Source of the DNA: Actinomycetota bacterium
Lineage (GTDB): Bacteria > Actinomycetota > Thermoleophilia > Gaiellales > Gaiellaceae
Direction of reading: 5' to 3'
Assembly: GCA_005888315.1 (NCBI GenBank)
Contig: VAWH01000022.1
Span: 869-64,868 of the forward strand
DNA length: 64,000 nucleotides
Numbering within the stretch: the stretch's first letter is position 1; each line of letters opens with the position of its first letter. Below are positions 11,782 to 21,766 of this stretch, one piece after another. The position numbers were made by a program, and so were the translations under genes. Below the pieces are notes generated by a model that was not told where the DNA came from, made no database searches, and was given only the letters and a program-made list of their open reading frames with translations.

Positions 11782-12786
11782 TCAATCCGTTGAGTACTTC
11801 GGCTGAACCTTCTCGCCGCGGATCGTCGCGACGGCATTGTTGGCGGCGATCGCGGCTTCGCCCATGCCGATCGTGATCAGAGTGATCTTGCCCGGGTAGC
11901 CGGCGACGTCGCCGGCCGCGTACACCCGCGGCAGGTTCGTCTCGCACGTCGTGGGATCGATCTTGATCTGGCGCTTTCCCTCCAGGTCGAGTCCCCAGTC
12001 GGCGATCGCGCCGAGATGCGAGTGGAAGCCGAGCAGCGTGATCAAGGCGTCGCAGTCGACCTGCTCGGTCTCGCCGCTCTTCGTGTTCTCGACGGTGACG
12101 GCGCTGATGTGGCCGTCGCCGTGCACCTCTCGCACCTCGTAGGGGGTGAGGATCTTGACGCGGCCCTCCCCCTCGAGCTGCTTGGCCTCGTTGACCGAGG
12201 TCTCGAGCGCGCGGAAATTGTCTCGCCGGTGCACGAGAGCGATCGGGTGCTTGGCCGTGTCCTGAAGTCCAAGCGTCCAGTCGAGCGCGCTGTCGCCGCC
12301 GCCCACGATCACGCAGGTGCGATCGCGGAAGACGTCCTTCTCGCGAACGAAGTAGTGCAGGCCCTTGCCTTCCCAGGCGTCGATGTCGTCGATCCCGAGC
12401 TTGCGCGGCTCGAACGCTCCGTGGCCGGCCGTGATGATCAGCGCTCGACTCAGGTAAGGGCCGCCCTTGTCGGTGGTCACGGAGAGCAGCTCCTCGCCGT
12501 TCTCGTTCAGCCGCTCCAGGGTCTGCACCTCCTCGCCGAGCAGCACCTCCGCCCCGTATTGGAGCCCCTGTTCGGCGCAGAGCTCGACGAGCGCCTGGCC
12601 CTGGATCTTCGGGTGTCCGGCTACATCGAACACATGCTTCTCGGGATAAACGGCGGCGACCTGGCCGCCGAGCTGCTCGAGGCTCTCGATCACGCGAACC
12701 GAGGCGTCACGGTGGCCGGCGTAGTAGGCGGCGGCGAGACCGGACGGGCCGGCGCCGAGGATCGTGATGTCGACGACGTCGCTCAC
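11782..12786 (-). CDS. Thioredoxin-reductase-type ferredoxin-NADP(+) reductase
   Basis: ILGAGPSGLAAAYYAG (FAD), GGGDSALDW (NADPH), YAAGDVA. Length and motifs match YumC/FNR type 2. Confidence 0.85.
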   Translation of the reverse strand: MSDVVDITILGAGPSGLAAAYYAGHRDASVRVIESLEQLGGQVAAVYPEKHVFDVAGHPKIQGQALVELCAEQGLQYGAEVLLGEEVQTLERLNENGEELLSVTTDKGGPYLSRALIITAGHGAFEPRKLGIDDIDAWEGKGLHYFVREKDVFRDRTCVIVGGGDSALDWTLGLQDTAKHPIALVHRRDNFRALETSVNEAKQLEGEGRVKILTPYEVREVHGDGHISAVTVENTKSGETEQVDCDALITLLGFHSHLGAIADWGLDLEGKRQIKIDPTTCETNLPRVYAAGDVAGYPGKITLITIGMGEAAIAANNAVATIRGEKVQPKYSTD

Positions 12787-12811
12787 GCGCGTGATGCTAG
12801 CGCGGGGGTGT

Positions 12812-13258
12812 TCAGACGCAGGCGGCCGAGGAGAACTCTTGATGCCCTCGACCCCGCCTGCACTTCTGCGTCCGCTTCGACGAGGCGAGGCGCCACCCGC
12901 CGTCGGCCGGCTCGTACCGAAGGACGGTCTTTACAGCGGCGACGGAGTCGTCGGCGAGGCCTCCCTGGAGAACCGTCACGGTCGTCGGCCCGCCGCCTTC
13001 GGGTGAGGAGCGGGCGAGGGTCGAGACCCGTGCGGCCTGCGTCTTGCCCGCACGAATGTGCGCCAGCGCGAGCTCCGTCGGCGACATTCCTATGGTGTTC
13101 TCAGTCGTCGGTGCCGGCTCAGGCTCGTTGCCCGAGCTCGGGTCGGACGAGCAGCTGGTGAGAGTTAACAGCGCTAGTGCGAGCAGCCAGAACCGCAGCC
13201 GGCGTCCCCCGCTGGGGCTTCGCCTTCCTCGACCTGGAAGGAATGGCCGCAGCCGCAT
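12812..13258 (-). CDS. Putative lipoprotein
   Basis: The frame of ORF 12812..13816 contains [20 protein letters not shown] (signal plus lipobox Cys). The only ATG (13258) overlaps iscA by 85 nt. A CTG at about 13198 would give the textbook signal [16 protein letters not shown]. Confidence 0.5.
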   Translation of the reverse strand: MRLRPFLPGRGRRSPSGGRRLRFWLLALALLTLTSCSSDPSSGNEPEPAPTTENTIGMSPTELALAHIRAGKTQAARVSTLARSSPEGGGPTTVTVLQGGLADDSVAAVKTVLRYEPADGGWRLASSKRTQKCRRGRGHQEFSSAACV

Positions 13259-13575
13259 GATGCGGAGACGTTCGGGTTGTTGATCGCGAAGCCTGCCTGC
13301 AGGCCCTCGACCCAATCGATCTCGGTGCCCGCCAGGTACGGCGCGCTGAAGGGATCGACCACGACGTCGACGCCGCTCACCTGCAGCTCGTTGTCGCCCT
13401 CCTGGGCGCCTCGGTCGAAGCCGAGCGCGTACTGGAAGCCTGAGCAGCCGCCACCCTGGACGGCAATCCGCAGGACCGCGGCCTCGCCCTCGGGCTCCTC
13501 GGCCATCAGCTCGCGGATCTTGCCGGCCGCGCTCTCGGTGAGCGTGACGAGTGTCGGCTGCTCGACGGTTGCCAC
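13174..13575 (-). CDS. Iron-sulfur cluster insertion protein (IscA/ErpA/HesB family)
   Basis: A GTG at 13575 gives [24 protein letters not shown]...GGGCSGFQY...[14 protein letters not shown]. The protein carries an extra 26-aa C-terminal tail with two more Cys. Confidence 0.85.
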   Translation of the reverse strand: MATVEQPTLVTLTESAAGKIRELMAEEPEGEAAVLRIAVQGGGCSGFQYALGFDRGAQEGDNELQVSGVDVVVDPFSAPYLAGTEIDWVEGLQAGFAINNPNVSASCGCGHSFQVEEGEAPAGDAGCGSGCSH

Positions 13576-13737
13576 GGGCCCATCGTAGCAGCGTCCCCCG
13601 CGGTCGTTCCTGCCCCAAACGAGGGAGACTTTGTAACACCTGTCTCCCGCAAGGCTCCACGGTTTGCGGTGACCTCGTGCCACCCGGGCGAGACTTGATA
13701 CGTTCCGCCCGCCAGGGGGTTGGCGGGAGGAGACGAC

Positions 13738-14100
13738 GTGCTCGACAACTGGCTGCCGTTTCTGATCTACGGGCTGTTCGCGGCGGCGATTCCGGTCTCG
13801 ATGGTGGTGATGTCATTCGTCTTTGCGACGCGCCCGAAGCGCCGCACGCGCTCGCGCGGGATCCCGTTCGAGTCGGGCGTCTCGACCGGCCCGCCGCGGC
13901 GCCAGCGCTTCACGATCAGCTTCTACCTGACGGCGATGCTCTTCATCGTCTTCGACATCGAGATCGTCTTTCTGTACCCGCTCGGCGTCGTCCTCCATCA
14001 GCTCGCCTGGTTCGGGTTCGCCGAGTTCGCCTTCTTCCTCGTGATCCTGCTGGTTGCGTACGTCTACGTCTGGCGCAAGGGCGCTCTCGAGTGGCAGTAG
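13738..14100 (+). CDS. nuoA: NADH-quinone oxidoreductase subunit A
   Basis: GTG at 13738, 5 nt after [20 protein letters not shown]...FESG...[15 protein letters not shown] is typical NuoA. Confidence 0.9.
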   Translation: MLDNWLPFLIYGLFAAAIPVSMVVMSFVFATRPKRRTRSRGIPFESGVSTGPPRRQRFTISFYLTAMLFIVFDIEIVFLYPLGVVLHQLAWFGFAEFAFFLVILLVAYVYVWRKGALEWQ

Positions 14101-14681
14101 AGCGACCGAAATCATCGCGACTCGCCAAGCACGGCCTCAAGTCGGAGCGTTTGCTCTGGCCCGGTAAGGGGCCGAGCGCGTTCGAGCAGGAGCTCGGCGA
14201 CATCGAGTCGCAGCTCGGCCTGACGACGCTCGAGAAGGCGGTCGCCTGGTCGCAGACGAAATCGATGTGGCCGGACACGTTCGGCCTCGCCTGCTGTGCG
14301 ATCGAGATGATGTCGATCGTCTCGTCGCGCTACGACATCGCGCGCTTCGGGATGGAGGCGTTCCGCTCATCGCCGCGCCAGGCCGATTTGCTGATCATCT
14401 CCGGCCGCGTCGCCCAGAAGATGGCGGCGCCGATCAAGCAGATCTACGACCAGATGCTCGAGCCGAAGTGGGTGATCGCGATGGGCGCCTGCGCGAGCTC
14501 GGGCGGCATGTTCAACAACTACGCCGTCCTGCAGAGCGTCGACAAGATCATCCCTGTCGACATCTACGTCCCCGGCTGCCCGCCGCGGCCGGAGGGGCTG
14601 ATGGAGGGCATCATCCGCCTCCACGAGCGCGTTCAGGCAGGCGTCCCGGCCGCCTACGAGGTCGGCGGGGTCGCCAAATAG
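14091..14681 (+). CDS. nuoB: NADH-quinone oxidoreductase subunit B
   Basis: [22 protein letters not shown] and GCPPRPE (N2 cluster ligands). The GTG at 14091 overlaps the nuoA stop. The exact start is uncertain. Confidence 0.9.
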   Translation: MAVERPKSSRLAKHGLKSERLLWPGKGPSAFEQELGDIESQLGLTTLEKAVAWSQTKSMWPDTFGLACCAIEMMSIVSSRYDIARFGMEAFRSSPRQADLLIISGRVAQKMAAPIKQIYDQMLEPKWVIAMGACASSGGMFNNYAVLQSVDKIIPVDIYVPGCPPRPEGLMEGIIRLHERVQAGVPAAYEVGGVAK

Positions 14682-15227
14682 ATGGCATTCGAGGGCGTTC
14701 CCGGCCTGGTCGAGACGCGCGAGGCGTTCGGAGAGACGACGCTCGTCGTCGATGCTGCCCGCATCGTCGAGGCCTGCGCGTACCTCCGCGACGAGCACGG
14801 CTTCGACATGCTCGTCGACCTCGCCGCGACCGACTACCTCGGCTGGGGCGCGCCGGGTGTCTCTGGCTACATCGGGACGGCGGCGGGGCGGAACCTGAAC
14901 CGCCCGATGACGCAGGGGCTACAGGCGCTACCGGCGCCGAAGCCGAAGCGGTTCGCGCTCAACTACCACCTGCTGGCGATTCGACAGGGCGCGCGGCGAC
15001 TTCGCATCACGGTCTGGCTGGACGACGCCGAGCCGATCGCGAGCGTCGTCTCGGTCTGGCCGGCGGCCGACTGGTTCGAGCGCGAAGCCTGGGACTTGAT
15101 GGGAATCCCGATCGACGGCCACCCGAACCTCCAGCGGCTGATCATGGACGAGGACTGGGAGGGCCACCCGCTGCGCAAGGACTACCCACTCGGCGGCGAG
15201 CCGGTGCGCTTCTCGGGGCAAGAGTGA
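14682..15227 (+). CDS. nuoC: NADH-quinone oxidoreductase subunit C
   Basis: ADWFEREAWDLMGI and HPLRKDYPL motifs. The gene starts directly after the nuoB stop. Confidence 0.9.
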   Translation: MAFEGVPGLVETREAFGETTLVVDAARIVEACAYLRDEHGFDMLVDLAATDYLGWGAPGVSGYIGTAAGRNLNRPMTQGLQALPAPKPKRFALNYHLLAIRQGARRLRITVWLDDAEPIASVVSVWPAADWFEREAWDLMGIPIDGHPNLQRLIMDEDWEGHPLRKDYPLGGEPVRFSGQE

Positions 15228-16507
15228 TGGCAGTCGCCGCGCAATCCGGCAGGGCGGACCCGATCTACGCAGGCACGCGGATCCCCTCGCCGATCCCGAC
15301 CCAGCTCGACGTCGATCCCGCGGTCAGGGGCACCGACGACATCCTCACCGTCAACTTCGGGCCGAACCACCCCTCGACGCACGGCGTTCTCCGCCTCGTC
15401 GTCGACCTCGACGGCGAGATCGTGGTCGGGATCGCCGCGAAGGTCGGCTACGTCCACACCGGCTTCGAGAAGAACATGGAGCAGAAGTCCTGGTGGAAGG
15501 CGATCACCTACGCGCCCCGGATCGACTACCTCGCCTACCAGGCAAACGAGCTCGTCTTCGTGCTCGCGATCGAGAAGCTGCTCGGTCTGGAGGTGCCGCC
15601 GAAGGCGACCTGGATGCGGATGCTCCTCGCGGAGCTGAACCGGATCCACTCGCACCTGGTCTGGCTCGGCACCGCCGCGCTCGAGCTCGGAGCGATCTCG
15701 ATGTTCTGGTACACGTTCCGCGAGCGCGAGATGGTCCTCGACCTCTCGGAGCTCGTCGCCGGCTACCGCATGCACACGCGGTACTTCCAGACCGGCGGGC
15801 TAGCGGAGGACATCCCGGCGGGCTTCTACCCGGAGTGTCGCAAGTTCGTCGAGTGGATGCCGAAGGCGATCGCGGACTACGACGGGCTGCTCCAGAAGAA
15901 CGAGATCTGGGGGGAGCGGACGCGCGGGCTGGGGCTGCTCAACCGGGCGGACGCGATCGCGCTGGGGCAGACCGGGCCCGTGCTGCGCGCCTCCGGCGTC
16001 GACTGGGATCTCCGCCGCGACGACCCGTACCTGTTCTACGACCGGGTTCGTTTCCGCGTTCCCGTCCTCCCGCACGGGGACACGTACGACCGCTACCGAG
16101 TCCGGATCGAGGAGATGCGGGCGTCGGTCGAGATCGTCGAGCAGTGCCTCGATCGGCTCGAGCGGATGGTGGGCGAGCCGTGGATCGCGGACGACCGCAA
16201 GGTCGTGCTGCCGCCGCGCGAGGAGCTGCACACCTCGATGGAGTCGCTGATCCACCACTTCAAGATCGTCACGGAGGGCTACCGCGTGCCGGAGGGCGAG
16301 GTCTACGTGGCGGTCGAGTCGCCGCGCGGCGAGCTCGGCTGCTACGTCGTCTCCGACGGGGGCACGCGCCCGTGGCGCGTCAAGTTCCGCGCCCCGTCGT
16401 TCGCGGCGCTGGAGGCGACGGCGACGACCGTCCAGGGCGCCTACATCGCCGACCTGATCGCGATCGTCGGCTCGCTCGACACGGTGATGGGGGAGGTCGA
16501 TCGTTGA
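15227..16507 (+). CDS. nuoD: NADH-quinone oxidoreductase subunit D
   Basis: The ATG overlaps the nuoC TGA. GPNHPSTHGVLRL and the C-terminal DTVMGEVDR are NuoD signatures. The 746-aa track ORF is upstream read-through in the same frame. Confidence 0.95.
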   Translation: MAVAAQSGRADPIYAGTRIPSPIPTQLDVDPAVRGTDDILTVNFGPNHPSTHGVLRLVVDLDGEIVVGIAAKVGYVHTGFEKNMEQKSWWKAITYAPRIDYLAYQANELVFVLAIEKLLGLEVPPKATWMRMLLAELNRIHSHLVWLGTAALELGAISMFWYTFREREMVLDLSELVAGYRMHTRYFQTGGLAEDIPAGFYPECRKFVEWMPKAIADYDGLLQKNEIWGERTRGLGLLNRADAIALGQTGPVLRASGVDWDLRRDDPYLFYDRVRFRVPVLPHGDTYDRYRVRIEEMRASVEIVEQCLDRLERMVGEPWIADDRKVVLPPREELHTSMESLIHHFKIVTEGYRVPEGEVYVAVESPRGELGCYVVSDGGTRPWRVKFRAPSFAALEATATTVQGAYIADLIAIVGSLDTVMGEVDR

Positions 16508-16977
16508 TGCCGCGGCCGCTCGCGGACCAGGTGCGCGCGATCGCGGCGCAGTATCCGGAATCGCGCTCGGCGGTGATGCCGGCGCTGCGGATCGCGCAAG
16601 AGCGGCACGGAGGCTGGCTGCCTCCGGAGGCGTTCGAGGAGGTCGGCGAGGCCTTGGAGCTCACCCCCGCCTACTGCAAGGGGGTCGCGACCTTCTACGA
16701 CATGTTCCATCTCGCGCCCGTCGGGCGGCGTCTGGTCGAGGTCTGCACGAACATCTGCTGCGGACTGCGCGGCGCGCAAGAGGTCTTGTCGGCGTTCGAG
16801 CGCGCGCTCGGCGTGCAGCCCGGCGAGACGACGCCGGACGGCGAGTTTACGCTGCGGGCGGTCGAGTGCATCGGCGGCTGTGGGTGGCCGACCGTCGTCG
16901 CGATCGACGACCGCCACCGGCTGAACGTCACGGCCGGGGACGTGCCGCAGATCGTCCAGGAGCTGCGCCATGAGTGA
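16507..16977 (+). CDS. nuoE: NADH-quinone oxidoreductase subunit E
   Basis: The ATG overlaps the nuoD TGA. 2Fe-2S ligands are present in VCTNICCG...CIGGCGWP. Confidence 0.95.
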   Translation: MPRPLADQVRAIAAQYPESRSAVMPALRIAQERHGGWLPPEAFEEVGEALELTPAYCKGVATFYDMFHLAPVGRRLVEVCTNICCGLRGAQEVLSAFERALGVQPGETTPDGEFTLRAVECIGGCGWPTVVAIDDRHRLNVTAGDVPQIVQELRHE

Positions 16978-18298
16978 CGTGATCGTCCTCGCCGGCGCCG
17001 ACGAGCGCGACCTGACGCAGCTCGGCGAGTACCGCGCCCTCGGCGGCTATGCCCAGCTCGAGCGCGTGCGCGGGATGGCGCCCGCCGACGTGATCGGGGA
17101 GCTGAACGCGGCCAACCTGCGCGGGCGCGGCGGCGCCTTTTTCGCCACCGGCCGGAAGATGCAGTTCATCCCGGGGGCAGAGCAGAACCCGAACCCGCAC
17201 TACGTCTGCGTGAACGCCGACGAGTCGGAGCCGGGGACGTTCAAGGACCGCGAGATCATGAACCGCGTCCCGCACCGCCTGATCGAGGGCTCGCTGATCG
17301 CCGCGCACGCGATCGACTCGCAGCACGTCTTCATCTACATCCGCGGCGAGTACCTCGACGCGTTCGAGACGCTGCGCGCGGCTTTGGACGAAGCGCGAAA
17401 GGCCGAGCTGTTCGACGGCGTCACGATCGTGCTCCACCGCGGCGCAGGCGCCTACATCTGCGGCGAGGAGTCGGGGCTGCTGGAGTCGCTGGAAGGACAT
17501 CGCGGCCAGGCGCGCTCCCGGCCGCCGTACCCGGCCATCTCCGGCCTCTACGCGTCGCCGACGCTGATCAACAACGTCGAGACGATCGCGACGATCCCGA
17601 AGGTGCTCGAGCTCGGCGGCGCCGAGTACGCCAAGATCGGCGCGCCGCCCGACTCGACCGGGACGCGACTCTTCTGCGTCTCCGGCAACGTAGTCAGAGG
17701 CGGCAACTACGAGCTGCCGATGGGGATCACGATCCGTGAGGTCATCTACGACCTCGCCGGCGGGATCCCGGACGGGCGCGCGCTGAAGGCGGTCATCCCT
17801 GGCGGCTCGTCGATGCCGATCCTGACGGCGGGCCAGATCGACGTGCCCCTGGAGCACGACGCGCTGCGCGCTCTCGACACATTCCTGGGGGCGGCGGCCG
17901 TGATCGTGGTCGACGATCGCGCGTGCATGGTGCAGCTCGGACTGCGGGTCGCGCAGTTCTACATGCACGAGTCGTGCGGCAAATGCACGCCGTGCCGCGA
18001 GGGGACGCGCTGGATGGTGCAGCTGCTCGAGGCGATCGAAGCTGGGGAGGCGACGCACTCGCAGCTCGACCTACTACTCGACGTCTGCGACCGGATCCTC
18101 GGCAAGTGCCTCTGTCCGCTGGGCGACGCCGCGGCGATGCCGGTCGCCTCCTACGTCGTCAAGTTCCGCGACGAGTTCCGCGCGCATATCGACCAGGGCG
18201 GCTGCCCGTTCGGCGGCGAGTCCTCGCTCGACGGCTTGTTCGCGCCGGTGGATCAGCACACGCACCACCCGGTGGTCGAGGAGGGCGTGCCGGCGTGA
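16970..18298 (+). CDS. nuoF: NADH-quinone oxidoreductase subunit F
   Basis: GRGGAFFATGRK (FMN/NADH) and ESCGKCTPCREG (N3 cluster). Confidence 0.95.
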   Translation: MSDVIVLAGADERDLTQLGEYRALGGYAQLERVRGMAPADVIGELNAANLRGRGGAFFATGRKMQFIPGAEQNPNPHYVCVNADESEPGTFKDREIMNRVPHRLIEGSLIAAHAIDSQHVFIYIRGEYLDAFETLRAALDEARKAELFDGVTIVLHRGAGAYICGEESGLLESLEGHRGQARSRPPYPAISGLYASPTLINNVETIATIPKVLELGGAEYAKIGAPPDSTGTRLFCVSGNVVRGGNYELPMGITIREVIYDLAGGIPDGRALKAVIPGGSSMPILTAGQIDVPLEHDALRALDTFLGAAAVIVVDDRACMVQLGLRVAQFYMHESCGKCTPCREGTRWMVQLLEAIEAGEATHSQLDLLLDVCDRILGKCLCPLGDAAAMPVASYVVKFRDEFRAHIDQGGCPFGGESSLDGLFAPVDQHTHHPVVEEGVPA

Positions 18299-18326
18299 CG
18301 CGGATGCCTTGTCGAGCGGTAACCGA

Positions 18327-18394
18327 GGGACTGTCCCCGAACGGGGACTGTCCCAACAACGCTTTTCGGGGCAGACCCCTACGGGGTCAGTCCC
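18327..18394 (+). promoter_or_regulatory. Two tandem 12-bp stem-loops in the nuoF-nuoG spacer
   Basis: GGGACTGTCCCC-GAAC-GGGGACTGTCCC (one T.T mismatch) and GGGGCAGACCCC-TAC-GGGGTCAGTCCC (one G.U and one A.A). They sit in the only long spacer of the operon. Confidence 0.5.
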
Positions 18395-18413
18395 TGCGAT
18401 CGAAGGAGGGTCA

Positions 18414-20639
18414 GTGAGCACGGCCGAGCTCGTCACCGTCAGGATCGACGAGCGCTCGGTGCAGGTGCCGAAGGGCACCGGCCTGATCGAGACAGCCGCC
18501 GCCGCGGGGATCGAGATCCCGGTCTTCTGCTACGAGCCGCGGCTCGGCGCCGCGGTCGGCGCCTGCCGGATGTGCCTCGTCGAGGTCGAGGGAATGCCGC
18601 CGAAACCGCAGGCCGGCTGCACGCTGACCGCGCAGGACGGGATGGTCGTCAAGACCGCGCGCACCAGCGAGATGGCGCGGGTCGCCCAGAACGCGACGCT
18701 CGAGTTCATCCTCGTCAACCACCCGCTCGACTGCCCGGTCTGCGACAAGGGCGGCGAGTGCCCGCTCCAGGATCTGACCTTCCGCTACGGCCCAGGCTCA
18801 ACGCGGATGACCTTCGAGAAGCGGACCTTCGAGAAGCCGATCCCGATCTCGCCCGCGATCTCGATCGACCGCGAGCGCTGCATCCTCTGCTACCGCTGCA
18901 CGCGCTTCAGCGAGTCGGTTTCCGAGGACAACCAGCTCGTCGCCTTGAACCGCGGCGCGCAGACGCTGATCGCGACCTTCGAGGACGAGCCCTACACGGG
19001 CGCGTTCACCGGCAACGTGACCGAGCTCTGCCCGGTCGGCGCGCTGCTGCCGACGCAGCCGCGCTTTCAGATCCGACCCTGGGAGCTGCAGAGCGTCCCG
19101 ACCGTCTGCGGACTTTGCCCGGTCGGCTGCAACATCGACGCCAACCAGCGCGAAGGCAAAGTCAGGCGGGTCCTCTCGCGCAACCACCCGGAGGTCGACG
19201 AGGGCTGGCTCTGTGACAAGGGCCGCTTCGGCTTCAACCACCTGTACGCCGAGGACAGGATCACCGATCCGCTCCGGCGCGTCCGCCGGCGCGGCCTCGA
19301 GGAGATCTCGTGGGAGGATGCGCTCGACGACGCCGAGCGGCTGCTACGCGAGGCTGGCGGCCGGATCGCTGTTGCGCTTTCCGGTTCGGAGACGACGGAG
19401 CAGGCCTACGCCCTCGCCAAGCTCGTGCGCGAGGGCCTCGGCGCGCACACCGCGATGCTGCCGGAAGAGATCGGCGGCGGCCTCGACGCGTTCCGGGCGC
19501 CGCTGTCGGCGATCCGCGACGCCGAGCTGATCGTCGTCCTCGGTGACGATCCCGTGGTCGAGCGCGCGCCGATCGTCGACCTCTGGCTGCGCAAGGCCCG
19601 GCGCGCCGGTGCCGAGATCGTCGAGATCGGCCCGGCCGGCGACATCCAAACGGCACCGGGGACGACCGCGCGAGCCTGCCGGCGACTCATCCGCGGCGAC
19701 CTCGGAGATCGTCTCCGCGCCAGCGAGCGGGCGATCTTGATCTGGTCGGGCGGAGGCGCGGGCGGCGGCTCGCACCTCGCCAAGCTGGCTGCAGAGCTCG
19801 GCCTCGCCGACAAGCCCGGCTCCGGCGCCTTCTTCCTGCCGGAAACGGCAAACGGCCGCGGCGTCGCCGAGGCGTGGGCGGCCGTGTCGGACGAGGAGGG
19901 GCCCGAGCCCGAACCGCTCAGCCTGCTGATCGTCTCCGGCGACGAGGCCGCAGCGAACCCGAACGTGCGGGCACTCGCCGAGCGTGCGGAGCGGGTGCTC
20001 GCGATCACCATGTTTCACTCGCTCGCGGCGGGGTGGGCCGATCTCGTCCTGCCCGGGACGAGCTACCTCGAACGCGACGGCACCTACGTCAACCTCGAGG
20101 GGAGGATCCAGCGCCTGCGGCGCACCTCCATCCCGCCGGCGCCGGACGAGCTCGCGTGGATCGCACAGCTCGCCGCCCGCTTCGGGATCGAGCTCTCGCC
20201 GTATCCCTCGCTGGTCTTCGCAGAACTGTCGGAGCGGGCCTTCGGCGGCGTCACCTACGAGGATCTCGGCGAACAGGCACGGCTGCCGGAACGCGTGCCC
20301 CTCGAGGCGGCTCCGGCGGAGAGCCCCGACGAGCCGGTCCCGGCAAAACCGGCCGCAGGTGCGTTGCAGCTGCTCCGCTACCGCCCGCTCTTCTCGGGCG
20401 CCGCGGTCGAGCGCGTCGCCGAGCTTCAGTTCCAGCGTCCGGCCCGCGTGATCGAGCTATCGGCCAAGGATGCGAAGCGGCTCGGCGTCAAGCGCGGCGA
20501 GCCGGTCGGCGTGCGCTCGAACGGCACCTCGCTCGAGCTCCGAGCGGCGATCAACAAGAAGCTCAAGGCCGGCGTCGCCCGGATCGCCGAAGAGCATGCG
20601 CGCGACCTGCATCCCACCGTGGAGGTCAGCAAGCCTTGA
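18414..20639 (+). CDS. nuoG: NADH-quinone oxidoreductase subunit G
   Basis: GTG at 18414 after GAAGGAGGG. CRMCLVEV and HPLDCPVCDKGGECPLQD, plus a molybdopterin-like domain. Confidence 0.95.
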   Translation: MSTAELVTVRIDERSVQVPKGTGLIETAAAAGIEIPVFCYEPRLGAAVGACRMCLVEVEGMPPKPQAGCTLTAQDGMVVKTARTSEMARVAQNATLEFILVNHPLDCPVCDKGGECPLQDLTFRYGPGSTRMTFEKRTFEKPIPISPAISIDRERCILCYRCTRFSESVSEDNQLVALNRGAQTLIATFEDEPYTGAFTGNVTELCPVGALLPTQPRFQIRPWELQSVPTVCGLCPVGCNIDANQREGKVRRVLSRNHPEVDEGWLCDKGRFGFNHLYAEDRITDPLRRVRRRGLEEISWEDALDDAERLLREAGGRIAVALSGSETTEQAYALAKLVREGLGAHTAMLPEEIGGGLDAFRAPLSAIRDAELIVVLGDDPVVERAPIVDLWLRKARRAGAEIVEIGPAGDIQTAPGTTARACRRLIRGDLGDRLRASERAILIWSGGGAGGGSHLAKLAAELGLADKPGSGAFFLPETANGRGVAEAWAAVSDEEGPEPEPLSLLIVSGDEAAANPNVRALAERAERVLAITMFHSLAAGWADLVLPGTSYLERDGTYVNLEGRIQRLRRTSIPPAPDELAWIAQLAARFGIELSPYPSLVFAELSERAFGGVTYEDLGEQARLPERVPLEAAPAESPDEPVPAKPAAGALQLLRYRPLFSGAAVERVAELQFQRPARVIELSAKDAKRLGVKRGEPVGVRSNGTSLELRAAINKKLKAGVARIAEEHARDLHPTVEVSKP

Positions 20640-20679
20640 TGCGGGCGCCCATTCGCGCATCTCGCACGAAAGGTCGCCC

Positions 20680-21681
20680 GTGAGCGAACCCTGGTGGGTG
20701 AGCGTGATCAAGGCGCTCGTGATCATCAACCTCGTCCTGCTCACATTCGCCTACACGACGCTGCTCGAACGCAAGCTGCTGGCGCGGATGCAACTTCGCT
20801 TCGGCCCCAACCGGGCCGGCCCCTACGGCCTCCTGCAGCCGATCGCCGACCTGGTCAAGCTGGTGCGTAAGGAGAGCTTCTTCCCGACCGCGGCGATCGA
20901 CGCCCCGTACATCCTCGCCCCCGTCGTTTCCGCGTTCACCGCGCTCGCGGCCTTTGCTGTGATTCCGTTCGGCAACGGCTGGAACATCTGGCGCTACCAC
21001 GTCAACGGCGTCGTCGCGAACGTCCCGATCAGCCTGATCCTGATCTTCGCGCTCGGCTCGATCGGGATCTACGGCTTCATCGTCGGCGGCTGGGCGAGCG
21101 AGTCCAAGTACTCGCTACTCGGCTCGATGCGGACCTGCGCACAACTCGTCTCCTATGAGGTTTCGCTCGCGCTCAGCGTGCTCGGCGTCGTGATCACAGC
21201 CGGCTCCCTCTCGCTCGTGCAGATCGTCCACAACCAGGCGCACTCGCTCTGGTACGTCGTCCCGCAGGCGGTCGGCTTCCTCGTCTTCCTGATCAGCGGC
21301 GTCGCCGAGACGAGCCGGGCCCCGTTCGACCTACCCGAGGCCGAGCAGGAACTCGTCGCCGGCTACCACACCGAGTATTCGGGGATGCGCTGGGGCCTGT
21401 TCCAGATGGCCGAGTACGTGAACATGATCACGCTCTCCGGGCTCGCGATCACGCTCTTCCTCGGCGGCTGGCACTTCCCCTTCGCGCACGGCGTCGACTT
21501 CCTCGGCCCGCTCTGGTTCTTCGTCAAGCTCCTGGCGCTGCTGTTCGCCTTCATCTGGCTGCGCGCGACGCTCCCGCGCCTGCGCTACGACCAGCTGATG
21601 AGCTTCGGCTGGAAGATCCTGCTTCCGGTCGCGACGGTGAACGCGCTCGTGACCGCACTTGTGGTGGTGTGGGCGAATTGA
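20680..21681 (+). CDS. nuoH: NADH-quinone oxidoreductase subunit H
   Basis: The GTG start gives [13 protein letters not shown]...[27 protein letters not shown]. Confidence 0.95.
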   Translation: MSEPWWVSVIKALVIINLVLLTFAYTTLLERKLLARMQLRFGPNRAGPYGLLQPIADLVKLVRKESFFPTAAIDAPYILAPVVSAFTALAAFAVIPFGNGWNIWRYHVNGVVANVPISLILIFALGSIGIYGFIVGGWASESKYSLLGSMRTCAQLVSYEVSLALSVLGVVITAGSLSLVQIVHNQAHSLWYVVPQAVGFLVFLISGVAETSRAPFDLPEAEQELVAGYHTEYSGMRWGLFQMAEYVNMITLSGLAITLFLGGWHFPFAHGVDFLGPLWFFVKLLALLFAFIWLRATLPRLRYDQLMSFGWKILLPVATVNALVTALVVVWAN

Positions 21682-21766
21682 GAATCCGCGAAAAATGCTG
21701 CGCATTTTCCGTTGCATCCGCACTGGTAACGCCCGTCGCTGCGCTCGGGAGAGCGAAGAAAAGCCG

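Noticed and set aside
13623-13648. Rex (redox repressor) operator upstream of nuoA, inside the hairpin GGGAGAC-N12-GTCTCCC.
   Set aside because: The loop sequence TTGTAACACCT only loosely resembles the Rex consensus TGTGA-N6-TCACA, and it lacks the second half-site. I kept it only as a possible weak relative of the GTAACAG palindromes.
14267-16507. 746-aa ORF spanning nuoB, nuoC and nuoD as if it were one gene.
   Set aside because: Only the last 426 codons, from the ATG at 15227, match NuoD. The upstream part is an out-of-frame shadow over nuoB and nuoC. The same reasoning applies to 15493..16977 (nuoE), 13551..14681 (nuoB), 20470..21681 (nuoH), 21928..22839 (nuoJ) and 18309..20639 (the nuoG N-terminal extension).
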